A DNA stretch of 45,397 bases from an uncultured Candidatus Actinomarina sp. (GCA_902597375.1 CACJXH010000003.1:1-45397), one strand, 5' to 3'; positions 1-9,592 are shown, counted from the first letter of the stretch. Notes: generated by a model from the letters alone, not told the origin. Made by a program: numbers and translations.

Positions 1-839
1 ATATCATCACCAAGATTAATTGAACCTGATACAGTTTCATCACCCTCTTTTTTTGTAAGAGGTTCGGATTCACCAGAGATTACGCTTTCATCAACTTCAG
101 AACTACCACGTATGATTACACCATCAAGAGGAATGATTTCGCCTTTCTTAACTATGATGACATCACCAATTTCAATTTGATTTAAAGGCTTGCGAACAAT
201 TATTTGATTATCGTAAACATTTACATCTTTTGGAATACTTTCGATTATGGAGTCTGATACTGAAACAGATGACTTAATTGAAATATCTTCTATTGTCTTA
301 CCAAGGAGAATGAAGCTAATTATGAATCCTCCTGTTTCTAAGTACATTAATTCTCCATTATTTGGCAATATTCCAATGGCGAAAGAGGAGAGACTACCAA
401 TAGAGATTAATGTATCCATATTGAAATTAAGTTTTTTTATATTTTTTAAAGCAGATACGTGAAATTTTCTACCAAAAATAAAAATAATTAATGAACCTAC
501 TCCTAATGCGGCGAGACCTTGATCAGCCCCAATGAGTGGGTTGATACTAAGTGTAAGTATTAGAGAAAGAAACGGAGTAAGAAATTTTCTAGTATTACTT
601 TTTTTCTCCTCAGCTATTTCTTCTTGGGCTGAATATCCAATTGATCTAATTCTTTGAATATATTCATCCGAATTATTATCTTCGGGGTTAACTTCTAAGA
701 TTGCTTTTTTTAGGGGAAAGTTTACAACTACATCTTTGACAGATTTTTCTTTTGTTAGAACCCTCTCTATTCTTGCAGCACATGCTGCACAAGTCATTCC
801 TTCAACAGATAAAACTAACGTTTTTGTCTCAGCTGACAA
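1..839 (-). CDS. copA: Heavy-metal (Cu+) translocating P1B-type ATPase, N-terminal part (runs off window start)
   Basis: Manual minus-strand translation from TTG 839: MSAETKTLVLSVEGMTCAACAARIE (HMA GMxCxxC motif), then TM helices, NMDTLISIG, and actuator-domain GEIIPLDG...VDESVISGESEP. Not in the ORF track because it is truncated. Confidence 0.9.
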   Translation of the reverse strand, partial: MSAETKTLVLSVEGMTCAACAARIERVLTKEKSVKDVVVNFPLKKAILEVNPEDNNSDEYIQRIRSIGYSAQEEIAEEKKSNTRKFLTPFLSLILTLSINPLIGADQGLAALGVGSLIIFIFGRKFHVSALKNIKKLNFNMDTLISIGSLSSFAIGILPNNGELMYLETGGFIISFILLGKTIEDISIKSSVSVSDSIIESIPKDVNVYDNQIIVRKPLNQIEIGDVIIVKKGEIIPLDGVIIRGSSEVDESVISGESEPLTKKEGDETVSGSINLGDD

Positions 840-1032
840 TGGTATAGCCTTGTTCATCAAGAAGTGATTTAACAAGATCTAAATTTATCTCTTCTGAGGA
901 CTCCAGTGTTACATTTTTTGTCTGAACGTCAACATCAACTGATTCAATATTTTCAACACCTGACAAAGTGTTTACTATAGTACTTTTACAATGATCACAA
1001 CTTATTTCGGGAACGCTAAATTTAGTAGCCAT
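829..1032 (-). CDS. copZ: CopZ-like copper chaperone (HMA domain)
   Basis: 67 aa, ISCDHC metal-binding motif; overlaps copA start. Confidence 0.85.
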   Translation of the reverse strand: MATKFSVPEISCDHCKSTIVNTLSGVENIESVDVDVQTKNVTLESSEEINLDLVKSLLDEQGYTIVS

Positions 1033-1082
1033 AACAGAATAATAATTGTTAGTTGTTTATATTGTTAAGTTGAATTTTAAAC

Positions 1083-1277
1083 TTATGCAGTTTCTTGAAG
1101 AATTCTTCCTCTAACTCTTGGGTATTTAACAGGAGCATGGTTAAAGCAGTGCTCTCTTTTGTTATAGATACTTAGTTGAGTATTGCAAGATTCTTCTTTA
1201 CAAACTCTGCCCTGGTCAAAACTCTTTGAAGGTCTTATACCACCTTTAATTTGACTTGCTTTTAATCCGTCAGTCAT
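1083..1277 (-). CDS. Small basic hypothetical protein with C-x4-C-x12-C-x2-H motif (paralog 1)
   Basis: SD-like GGGGAA upstream; ungapped alignment to 22438..22644 (31 of first 57 residues identical by manual count). Confidence 0.8.
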   Translation of the reverse strand: MTDGLKASQIKGGIRPSKSFDQGRVCKEESCNTQLSIYNKREHCFNHAPVKYPRVRGRILQETA

Positions 1278-1290
1278 TTAATTCCCCACT

Positions 1291-1308
1291 TTGTGAATAT
1301 ATTCACAA
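1291..1308. promoter_or_regulatory. Perfect 18-bp palindrome TTGTGAATATATTCACAA, Rex-type operator
   Basis: Matches Rex consensus TTGTGAA-N4-TTCACAA; abuts the -10 of a minus-strand promoter. Confidence 0.7.
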
Positions 1309-1336
1309 GCTTAACAAATATTTGAAAAACCTGCAA
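1308..1336 (-). promoter_or_regulatory. Putative sigma-A promoter TTGCAG-N17-TAAGCT (with TG extension) for gene 1083..1277
   Basis: -35 at 1336-1331, 17-nt spacer, -10 at 1313-1308. Confidence 0.5.
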
Positions 1337-1381
1337 GTTTTTCCAAACTTTTTATCCAGCTACGTATAGTAACATTTGTTT

Positions 1382-1618
1382 ATGGAAATCAAACTAGAAT
1401 TTTGTATTGTTTGAAACTATACACCCCGTGCAGTTAGTACGGTAGAAGACATACTTGAAAAATATGGAAAAGAAGTAAAATCAATTGATCTTATTCCGGG
1501 AACAGGTGGTGTTTTTGAATTGTATTTAAACGGTGAACTTATTTATTCAAAACTTGAAACGGGAAGGCATACAAACGAAGGTGAAATATTAGAGTTAATG
1601 GAAAAAGCACTTAGTTGA
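1382..1618 (+). CDS. SelW/SelT/SelH (Rdx family) selenoprotein, 78 aa, CxxU motif
   Basis: MEIKLEFCIV-U(TGA 1412-1414)-NYTPRAVSTVEDIL...LIPGTGGVFELYLNGELIYSKLETGRH...; family motifs continue in frame past the TGA; stop overlaps the next start by 4 nt. Confidence 0.9.
1426..1442 (+). promoter_or_regulatory. Putative bacterial SECIS hairpin
   Basis: CCGTGC-AGTTA-GTACGG, stem begins 11 nt after the UGA, G-U near the start of the apical loop. Confidence 0.6.
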
Positions 1619-2349
1619 CATATCCATTTGATCTTTCCCTAGTTGAGCTTATATTTATTTCAATACTTCTATTTGTAAGTGCAGCGATCCAAGGAATATT
1701 AGGTTTTGGCTTTGCTGTTATTTCTTCACCAATACTTGTCCAAATTGAGCCACTACTAGTGCCACAAATTCTAAGTTTACTTGCCTTGCCTATGGCTTTT
1801 CGTATATATCAACGTGAAAAAAAAGAAGTAGATTGGAAACCGTTTAAATTCTTATTTCTAGGAAGAATTATTGGTGGCCCTTTGGGTTTATTGCTCCTTA
1901 TTAATTTGAACGAGAAACTACTTTCAATAAGCGTAGGAGCAATTGTGCTTTTTGCAGGAATTGCAACATTATTTAACTGGACTGTGAATAGGAATAATAA
2001 TTCGTCATGGATCGCAGGAACATTATCTGGAATATTTGCAATGATTGCAGGAGTAGGAGGCCCTCCTATTGCAATTTTATATAGAGGAGCTTCTGGTAAG
2101 GAGTTCAGACCATCGTTAAACGCTGTTTTTACGTTTGGAATAATGATAACACTTAGTCTTTTGCTTTTTAGTGGTGAGATTTATAGAGATCATATAGTTT
2201 TATTTTTATATCTTGCAATTCCAGTTGCTGTAGGATTAAAAATATCTTCCTTGCTGTTTTCAGATGTCTCTGACAATGCAATTTCAAAAGCCGTAACATA
2301 CTTTTCAATAATCTCAGGACTGGTAGTTATATTCAGAAATATAATTTAG
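1615..2349 (+). CDS. Sulfite exporter TauE/SafE family membrane protein
   Basis: IQGILGFGFA and GVGGPP repeat motifs; about 8 hydrophobic segments. Confidence 0.8.
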   Translation: MTYPFDLSLVELIFISILLFVSAAIQGILGFGFAVISSPILVQIEPLLVPQILSLLALPMAFRIYQREKKEVDWKPFKFLFLGRIIGGPLGLLLLINLNEKLLSISVGAIVLFAGIATLFNWTVNRNNNSSWIAGTLSGIFAMIAGVGGPPIAILYRGASGKEFRPSLNAVFTFGIMITLSLLLFSGEIYRDHIVLFLYLAIPVAVGLKISSLLFSDVSDNAISKAVTYFSIISGLVVIFRNII

Positions 2350-2387
2350 TTTTGAAATTTAAATTCGGAGTTAACATTAAATAGATA

Positions 2388-3872
2388 ATGAAAACTAGAA
2401 TCATAATATCCTCAGTCCTATTTTTTTTGAGCTTCCCCCCATTTAACTTCTGGTATTTAATATTTCCATCCTTGTTCTTTTTTTACTCAGGGATTTTATT
2501 AAGTAGTAAACCATTTCTTTCAGGCCTAGTATTTGGAGCAATATCATTTGGTGTAATTTTATTTGGTATCCAATCAATTGGTTACGAAGCTTGGATTCCT
2601 CTTTCTGTTCTTATGGGTCTTTTATATGGATTTTATGGAAAACTGTTTAAATTAATTGCTGTAAAAACCAATAACAATTTTTTTATATTGATTGGAATAA
2701 TAAGTACTTTTGATTTACTAAGGGCTTACTTTCCATTTGGCGGTTTTCCATGGGGTTCAACTTCAACAGTTTTAATTTCAGGATATAGAGATACCTCGTT
2801 CAATCTCCTACCAAGCATTTTTAAAACATTTGGTCCGACAGGTTATTCTTTAATCATTCAATCGTTGACTCTTTTAGTTGTCTTATTTGTACTTGAAAAT
2901 AAAAAGAAATATACATACTTGAAAGATTCACTAGTATTTTTCATTTTAATATTTACACCTCTTTCACTATTTTTACTAAACGACAGTTTTAATTTATTAG
3001 ACAAAAATAATAAATCTGAACAGATTAGTGTTGTGATTGTCCAGGGAAACAGTCCTTGTCCTGGAGCAAAAAACAGATGTAATAATGAAAGAGCAAGAAT
3101 ATATGAAAGTCATATAAATTTAACAAAAAGTATTAGCTCTGAAAAAGATCTGATTATTTGGCCTGAAAGCTCGACCGGTTTTAACAATGATCCTCTGATT
3201 CACGATCGGGTCTTGACCGATATTCAAATAGAAGTTGAGAGGTTAAATTCTTATTTTTTAATTGGTGGAGACAGACCAATACGGGAAGCTAATTTTGAAA
3301 ATTATGGTCTATTTATCAACAATGAGGGAACAATTGTAGATCAATATCTGAAACAACATCCAGTACCTTTTGGAGAGTACATTCCTTTTAGGAGATATCT
3401 TGATTGGATCCCTTCCCTTTCGCTAGTTCCGAGAGATATGATTAGGGGAGAACAAGAGAAAATATTTCAAATGGGATCACATAAATTGGCCTCTGTGATT
3501 TCTTTTGAGGGATCATTCCAAAGATATATTCGAAGTAGTGTTCAGGCTGGAGCAGAGATTATTGTAATTCTTACAAATCAAGCCAGCTATGGAGAAAGCG
3601 GAATGTCTGATCAATTTATATTAATGTCTCGTGCAAATGCGATTTCAAATGATAGGCCTGTCATACATTCTGCAATAACTGGAAAATCTGCATTCATCGA
3701 CAATAATGGAAAGGTTTTATCTCAGACAAATTTATTCACTTCTGAAATCCTAAACAAAAACATAAATCCAATTAACTCACAAACTCCATTTAGTTTGTTT
3801 GGAAATTACTTTAATTATCTAATAGTTGTTATTGCATTTGTTATTTTCTTAAGAGAGAGAGTTTTAAGTTAG
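2388..3872 (+). CDS. lnt: Apolipoprotein N-acyltransferase
   Basis: PFGGFPW, VQGN, WPES, YLKQHPVPFGEYIP, TNQASYG motifs; nucleophile position is Ser (ISFE). Confidence 0.9.
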   Translation: MKTRIIISSVLFFLSFPPFNFWYLIFPSLFFFYSGILLSSKPFLSGLVFGAISFGVILFGIQSIGYEAWIPLSVLMGLLYGFYGKLFKLIAVKTNNNFFILIGIISTFDLLRAYFPFGGFPWGSTSTVLISGYRDTSFNLLPSIFKTFGPTGYSLIIQSLTLLVVLFVLENKKKYTYLKDSLVFFILIFTPLSLFLLNDSFNLLDKNNKSEQISVVIVQGNSPCPGAKNRCNNERARIYESHINLTKSISSEKDLIIWPESSTGFNNDPLIHDRVLTDIQIEVERLNSYFLIGGDRPIREANFENYGLFINNEGTIVDQYLKQHPVPFGEYIPFRRYLDWIPSLSLVPRDMIRGEQEKIFQMGSHKLASVISFEGSFQRYIRSSVQAGAEIIVILTNQASYGESGMSDQFILMSRANAISNDRPVIHSAITGKSAFIDNNGKVLSQTNLFTSEILNKNINPINSQTPFSLFGNYFNYLIVVIAFVIFLRERVLS

Positions 3873-5077
3873 TTTTCAAGACCCTCATTAAAGTGCAAAT
3901 TTTTCATTGCTGCAGCTTCGACAATACCATCTTGATAGGCTCTCAGATCAAACTTATGTAACACTGCTATTAAATGATCAAATATATCTGACTGAATGTT
4001 TTCATATTCAACCCAGTCAGTAGTTTTTGTAAATGTATAGATTTGTATAGGGACACCCTGGTTTGTTGGTGATAATTGTCTTACTAAAAATGTCATGTTT
4101 TCAGTATCTAGGCTTTCATTTTGTCTGAGATAGCTTTCTATATAGGCTCTGAATGTCCCAATATTTGTTAAATTTCTTTGTTCTGTTACTGATTCTCCAG
4201 ACGCTAATTCGTTATTAAATGTTTCCAACTCTTGCACTTTTTCATTCAGATAATCTTTAATAGGAGCAATTTTTTTTAATTTTTCAATTTCTTCAAATGT
4301 TAAAAATTTAATACTTGAGATATCAATACTTATTGATCTCATGATTCTTCTGCCACCATAATCAGACATTCCTCTCCAGTTTTTGACTGATGTAGAGATT
4401 ATTTTTGAGGTAGGTATGGTTGTAATAGTTTTATCCCAGTTTTGTACTTTTACTGTGTGAAGAGCTATGTCAATTACATCCCCATCAGCTCCATATTCTG
4501 GGACCTCTATCCAGTCACCATTATTTATAATATTGTTTTGTCCAATTTGAACCGATGCAACAAAAGATAGAATTGTATCTTGAAATACTAAAAGGAGAAC
4601 TGCTGTTAACGCCCCAAGTCCACTTATATAATATGTAACTGACTGTCCAGACAAAATTGCAAAAATAATAATGAATATAAATGCGTTCAAAATAATTTTA
4701 ACGATCTGAATATAACCTTTAATTGGTCTGTCTTTCAATGCCTCATATTTACTTGATGCATTATTAAATATTGAAAGCAATTCATTTAGAGATAAACCTA
4801 AGAACACTGCTAATAGCGAACTAATTATTCGTTGACTAATTTCACTGTCTAATAATTCTGTTGAAAAGTCTGTAAATAATATTCCATTTAAAAAAGTAAA
4901 TACAGCGACAAAAGATACTCTATTTAAGAATTTTTTTTCTAAAAAAAGATCATCAATGATAGTATTTGTTTTTTTCGCTATACGTTTGAGAAGTGGAAAA
5001 ATTAGTGTTCTTAAGACTATATAAATACCCAGACTGCTTCCTGCGACAACCAGGAGTTTTAAATTATCTTCTACCAT
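3869..5077 (-). CDS. Mechanosensitive channel MscS family (YbdG-like)
   Basis: GDWIEVPEYGADGDVIDIALHTVKVQNWDKTITTIP, NWRGM, TNIGTFRAY motifs. Confidence 0.9.
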   Translation of the reverse strand: MVEDNLKLLVVAGSSLGIYIVLRTLIFPLLKRIAKKTNTIIDDLFLEKKFLNRVSFVAVFTFLNGILFTDFSTELLDSEISQRIISSLLAVFLGLSLNELLSIFNNASSKYEALKDRPIKGYIQIVKIILNAFIFIIIFAILSGQSVTYYISGLGALTAVLLLVFQDTILSFVASVQIGQNNIINNGDWIEVPEYGADGDVIDIALHTVKVQNWDKTITTIPTSKIISTSVKNWRGMSDYGGRRIMRSISIDISSIKFLTFEEIEKLKKIAPIKDYLNEKVQELETFNNELASGESVTEQRNLTNIGTFRAYIESYLRQNESLDTENMTFLVRQLSPTNQGVPIQIYTFTKTTDWVEYENIQSDIFDHLIAVLHKFDLRAYQDGIVEAAAMKNLHFNEGLEN

Positions 5078-5095
5078 ATAAGCATGATACCTTAG

Positions 5096-5779
5096 TCAGA
5101 ATCCTCTTTGTTGACCTTTCCAAGGGGGAGGAGTATTGTTTTTAAACTCTTCAACACTTGGACCATGTAAAGCTTTCAATTTATTTAAACCAATAAAATA
5201 TGAAACTACTAAAAGAATTAAAGTAGTTTGGTTTGAAGTTGCCAATTTAATAACTGCAAGCACTTCTGGGTTATCAAAAAATAAAACTTGTAAACCACCT
5301 TTTACTCCAAGAAATATGACCCACAAGATTGCAACCTGATTATAAGCTGGTTTTACTGTTGGTAATAAATACCACTCTCTAGGCCATTTTCTAAAATACA
5401 TTGATGAATAGATCGTAAATGGTTTTCTCAATACGATTGATACCAATCCTATAAATGCAATGCTTAAATCTCTTATAATACCTGGTAGAAAAAAACCTGA
5501 TGCAGTCCCTTGAATCTGAGCAATTAACAAAGCAACTAAAGTTCCAAGAACACCGTAAAATGCAAATTTAATTTCATCTTTTTTTACCAACCTGTACCCA
5601 AACGTAAGGGCAACCAATACGGCTGTACTTATAATTGCAATATTTAAATCAAAAAATCTAAATGTTAAAACAAAGAACACTGGAGCAAGAATTGAATCAA
5701 AGATATTATTTTGTGATTCATTTAAACCCAGTACTTCACTTTTTATCTCAGTGAATTGATTTTTAAATCTTTTAAACAA
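5096..5779 (-). CDS. Membrane protein, DUF3159-like
   Basis: Multi-TM protein; recalled resemblance to the actinobacterial DUF3159 family, not searched. Confidence 0.5.
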   Translation of the reverse strand: MFKRFKNQFTEIKSEVLGLNESQNNIFDSILAPVFFVLTFRFFDLNIAIISTAVLVALTFGYRLVKKDEIKFAFYGVLGTLVALLIAQIQGTASGFFLPGIIRDLSIAFIGLVSIVLRKPFTIYSSMYFRKWPREWYLLPTVKPAYNQVAILWVIFLGVKGGLQVLFFDNPEVLAVIKLATSNQTTLILLVVSYFIGLNKLKALHGPSVEEFKNNTPPPWKGQQRGF

Positions 5780-7055
5780 CAGAATTTATTTTTTCTTCAA
5801 AATTTTTGTTGGTTTTCTCAGAAAGAAAACTTTTCCCAATTTCCTGTAACTCTTTTTCTTCAACTTCCTCAAAATTTGTTGAAATATTTTTTATATAAGA
5901 ATCTAAGTTATCGATTTCAAATGATTGAGATTGCAAAAATCTATATGCTTCATCCCTTTCAACCCCTTTAGTTACTAAATGAGATAAAAAAGATTGAGTT
6001 AGCAAACTCACTTTTGCTGAATTAATATTTGAATTTATTTTTTCATGATTAATGTTGATATTTTTGAATAGCTCTTCCATCTCAATTGTTGAAAAACAAA
6101 TGAGATTAAAACTATCTGGAAAAATGATTCTTTCTACTGATGAATTTGATATATCTCTTTCATGCCAAAGAGATATATTTTCAAGCGCACTTACAACATA
6201 ACCTCTCAGAATTCTTGAAATTCCTGATATTCTCTCAGAAGTAATTGGATTTTTTTTATGTGGCATTGCAGAAGAACCTTTTTGTTCGCTTGAAAATGAC
6301 TCATGAATTTCACCCACCTCTGAACGTTGATAACCTCTAAGATTTATAGCTATACGATCATAGGAACTTGCAAGCATTCCAATAGAGCTGATTACTTCAG
6401 CATATCTATCACGGCTAACAATCTGAGAAGCAAATAGCTCTGGCTTAAGATTTAAAGTCTCTAAAGATTTTTTTTCAACATCACTGTTAATTATGGTGTA
6501 GTTCCCAACAACTCCACTTAGCTTTCCGACGCTAATATTTTCTTTTGCTCTTTCAAGACGTTCTTTATTTCGATGTATCTCCAACAACCAGTTTGAAATT
6601 ATATTTCCAAGGAAAGTTACTTCTGCAAATACGCCGTGAGTTCTCCCGATTATTTTGGTATCTTTTTCTTTTATCGCAAGATTCTTCAAAGTACTGATTA
6701 ATTCATCAACTTGACCTATTAGGAAATCTAATGATTCTAAAATCAACAAACTATTTGATGTGTCAACTACGTCTGAACTAGTTAGGCCGTAATGTATCCA
6801 TTCGGAATCTTCATTTACCTTATCTTGTAATATATCAACAAATGAAGCTAAATCATGGTTTGTTACTTTTTCTCGAGCTTCAACTTCTTTTACGGTTACA
6901 TTTGCATCAAGTATTTTTTCCGACAAACCTTTAGGTACGATACCTTCCTCTTCAAGACTTTTTGTAACAGAGGATTCAACTTTCTTCCAAGTGCTTAACT
7001 TGTTTTCTTGACTCCATATATCAACTATTTCTTTTACTTCGTATCTTTTTATCAT
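5772..7055 (-). CDS. purB: Adenylosuccinate lyase
   Basis: HYGLTSSDV, GRTHG, SSAMPHKKNP, WHERDISNSSVER. Confidence 0.95.
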   Translation of the reverse strand: MIKRYEVKEIVDIWSQENKLSTWKKVESSVTKSLEEEGIVPKGLSEKILDANVTVKEVEAREKVTNHDLASFVDILQDKVNEDSEWIHYGLTSSDVVDTSNSLLILESLDFLIGQVDELISTLKNLAIKEKDTKIIGRTHGVFAEVTFLGNIISNWLLEIHRNKERLERAKENISVGKLSGVVGNYTIINSDVEKKSLETLNLKPELFASQIVSRDRYAEVISSIGMLASSYDRIAINLRGYQRSEVGEIHESFSSEQKGSSAMPHKKNPITSERISGISRILRGYVVSALENISLWHERDISNSSVERIIFPDSFNLICFSTIEMEELFKNININHEKINSNINSAKVSLLTQSFLSHLVTKGVERDEAYRFLQSQSFEIDNLDSYIKNISTNFEEVEEKELQEIGKSFLSEKTNKNFEEKINSVV

Positions 7056-8327
7056 TTATCTAATTATATTTTGGTTTCTCTCTGGTCCAACAGATATATA
7101 TTTAATTGGCACATCGATGAAATCTTCAATAAATTCAATATATTTTTTAGCATTCTCAGGAAGTGCATCGTATTTTATAATTCCAGAAATATCTTCATCC
7201 CAACCCTTAAATGATTCATAAATAGGTTCACACTTATCTAATATCTCATCAACTAATGGATAGTCTGTAATTTTTTTATCTTCAAACCTGTATCCTACGC
7301 ATACCTTGATTTCCTCAAGGCCACTTAAAACATCTAATTTTGTTATAAATAATTGACTTAGAGAGTTAATCCTTGTCGAATATTGTAATGAAACTAAATC
7401 TAGCCATCCACAACGTCTTCTTCTTCCAGTAACTGTTCCAAACTCAGCTCCTTTTTCAATCATGTAATCACCAATTTCATTTTCTTGTTCAGTTATGAAA
7501 GGACCAGTACCAACTCTAGATATGTAGGCTTTGGTTACACCAACAACTTCATCAAAATTTAAAGGCCCAATTCCAGATCCAGTAGCTGCATTACCTGCAC
7601 TTGTATTGGAACTTGTGACAAATGGATATGTTCCGTGATCAATATCAAGAAGAGTACCTTGGGCTCCTTCAAATAAGATATTTTTATTTTCTTTTATTGA
7701 ATTAGATATAACCAATGATGTGTCGTCTGCAATTGATGAAACAAGTTCTTTGTATTTTTTATACTCCTCGACTATTTCGTCAAAATTTATAGAATTCCCA
7801 CCATAAATTTTTTCAATTATTTGATTTTTTTCTTCAAGATTATTTTTTAATTTTTCATAAAACTTTTCTTCAGATAAAAAATCTTGTATGCGTATACCTT
7901 TTCTTTGTATCTTGTCGCCATAACAAGGCCCTATACCTTTTCTAGTAGTTCCAATTTTCTTATCACCCAAACTATCTTCAATTAATTCATCAAGAATTTT
8001 GTGATATGGCATGATAATGTGTGCGTTATATGAAAGTTTTAATTTAGTCGTGTCTATGTTTTTACCATTTAAGGTTTCAATTTCATTTTTCAAAACTTCA
8101 AAATCAATTACACATCCCGAACCAATTACTGGAGTACATGATTCATACATCACTCCTGATGGAACCATTGAAAGGGCAAATTTTTCATCACCTACAACAA
8201 TTGTGTGACCTGCATTATTTCCACCTTGGAATCGGACTACAAGATCAGCTTTTGATGCAAAAAAGTCTGTGACTTTACCCTTGCCTTCATCGCCCCACTG
8301 AGCGCCTAAAACAATGGTAGTTGACAA
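7056..8327 (-). CDS. purA: Adenylosuccinate synthetase
   Basis: GAQWGDEGKGK, QGGNNAGHT, EGAQG, GTVTGRRRRCGW; start reassigned to TTG 8327 behind an AGGAG SD. Confidence 0.95.
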   Translation of the reverse strand: MSTTIVLGAQWGDEGKGKVTDFFASKADLVVRFQGGNNAGHTIVVGDEKFALSMVPSGVMYESCTPVIGSGCVIDFEVLKNEIETLNGKNIDTTKLKLSYNAHIIMPYHKILDELIEDSLGDKKIGTTRKGIGPCYGDKIQRKGIRIQDFLSEEKFYEKLKNNLEEKNQIIEKIYGGNSINFDEIVEEYKKYKELVSSIADDTSLVISNSIKENKNILFEGAQGTLLDIDHGTYPFVTSSNTSAGNAATGSGIGPLNFDEVVGVTKAYISRVGTGPFITEQENEIGDYMIEKGAEFGTVTGRRRRCGWLDLVSLQYSTRINSLSQLFITKLDVLSGLEEIKVCVGYRFEDKKITDYPLVDEILDKCEPIYESFKGWDEDISGIIKYDALPENAKKYIEFIEDFIDVPIKYISVGPERNQNIIR

Positions 8328-8512
8328 CTTTTCTCCTTGAATTACAACAATGGATAATACATGCATTTCTGATGTATAGAAAGATTTTTCTATCTAATAA
8401 TTAAATTAATTTGGTGCAAAATCAAATAAAGATTAGATTAGTACTTAGACGGGAACTTAATTTATTTATAGTTGTTTTGTTCTTGTCTGCTTTTATATAA
8501 AAGGAGAAAACA

Positions 8513-9592
8513 TTGAGTAAAAAAGCAATCGTTTCTTTACTTATACTTTCTATGATTGCAGTAGCTTGTGCTACAGAAGAAGAAGCAGTTGAGGAAGTAG
8601 CAGTTGAAGAAGAACACGATCACTCAGATGAATCTACACTAGATGAAGTAATCGAAAGAGGATTTCTTAAGTGTGGAATCAGTACTGGTGCTACCGGATT
8701 CAGTGAGCAAGCTGATGACGGATCCTTTGGTGGATTTGATGTTGATTTCTGTTATGCAGTGGCAGCTGCTGTTTTCGGCGACTACAGTAAAGTCGAATTC
8801 AAGCAACTTACATCTGCTGAAAGATTCACATCTCTAGCAGCTGGTGAGGTTGATGTTCTTTTTAGAAACACAACTTGGACTCAAAGCCGTGACACAGAAT
8901 TAGGTAATGACTTCGGTCCTACAACCTATTTTGATGGTCAGCAATTACTTGGTAGAAAAGCAGACGGTATTACCGAAAGCTCTACACTAGCTGATATTGA
9001 CGGACTTAGAGTATGTACTAACGCAGGAACTACAACCGAAAAGAATATTACTGAAGGTGCAGGACTTGCTGGTGCAACAATCGAACTTGTTACAGTTGAA
9101 GCTTTCGCAGAAGCTGTTGACAAATTCATTGCAGGTGAATGTGATATTATCACAACTGATGGTTCAGCACTTGTTGGTAGAAGAGCAGTTAATGATGCTC
9201 TTAATGATTGGGTAATTTTCCCAACTTCACCAATATCAAAAGAGCCATTAGGACCAACATATAGATCAAATGACAGCGAATGGGCAGACGTAGTCAACTG
9301 GACAGTATACGCAACAATCATCGCAGATGAGTATGGTGTAACTAGTGCAAACGTTGACTCTGTTGACACAGACGCACTTCCAGAACTTGGAAGATTATTT
9401 GGTGCAAATGATGGTGAGCTTCAAACAAAGATGGGTCTTAGCGCAGATGCGTTTTACAATGTTATCAAGCAAGTTGGTAACTATGACCAAATCTACTCAA
9501 GAAACCTAAATCCATTAGGTCTCTTCAGAGAAGGTGGAGCTAACGATCGTTGGACAAACGGTGGGTTAATTTACGCACCTCCTGCAAGATAA
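8513..9592 (+). CDS. aapJ: General L-amino acid ABC transporter substrate-binding lipoprotein (AapJ/BztA type)
   Basis: Lipobox AVAC; GFDVDFC, RNTTWT, ISKEPLGP, VGNY, GGLIYAPP motifs; AGGAG SD. Confidence 0.9.
   Translation: MSKKAIVSLLILSMIAVACATEEEAVEEVAVEEEHDHSDESTLDEVIERGFLKCGISTGATGFSEQADDGSFGGFDVDFCYAVAAAVFGDYSKVEFKQLTSAERFTSLAAGEVDVLFRNTTWTQSRDTELGNDFGPTTYFDGQQLLGRKADGITESSTLADIDGLRVCTNAGTTTEKNITEGAGLAGATIELVTVEAFAEAVDKFIAGECDIITTDGSALVGRRAVNDALNDWVIFPTSPISKEPLGPTYRSNDSEWADVVNWTVYATIIADEYGVTSANVDSVDTDALPELGRLFGANDGELQTKMGLSADAFYNVIKQVGNYDQIYSRNLNPLGLFREGGANDRWTNGGLIYAPPAR

Noticed and set aside
247-462. 71-aa plus-strand ORF
   Set aside because: Antisense shadow of copA on the minus strand.
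1412-1414. TGA reassigned to Trp/Gly (alternative genetic code) or pseudogene
   Set aside because: TGA is a normal stop elsewhere (copZ, mscS-upstream gene, aceA-region genes' neighbours such as 15145), and the two in-frame cases fall exactly on catalytic Cys positions with downstream hairpins.
8328-8366. MHVLSIVVIQGEK upstream of purA as a second Ile/Val leader peptide
   Set aside because: In frame with purA with no stop and no terminator hairpin; an AGGAG SD points to TTG 8327 as the start.
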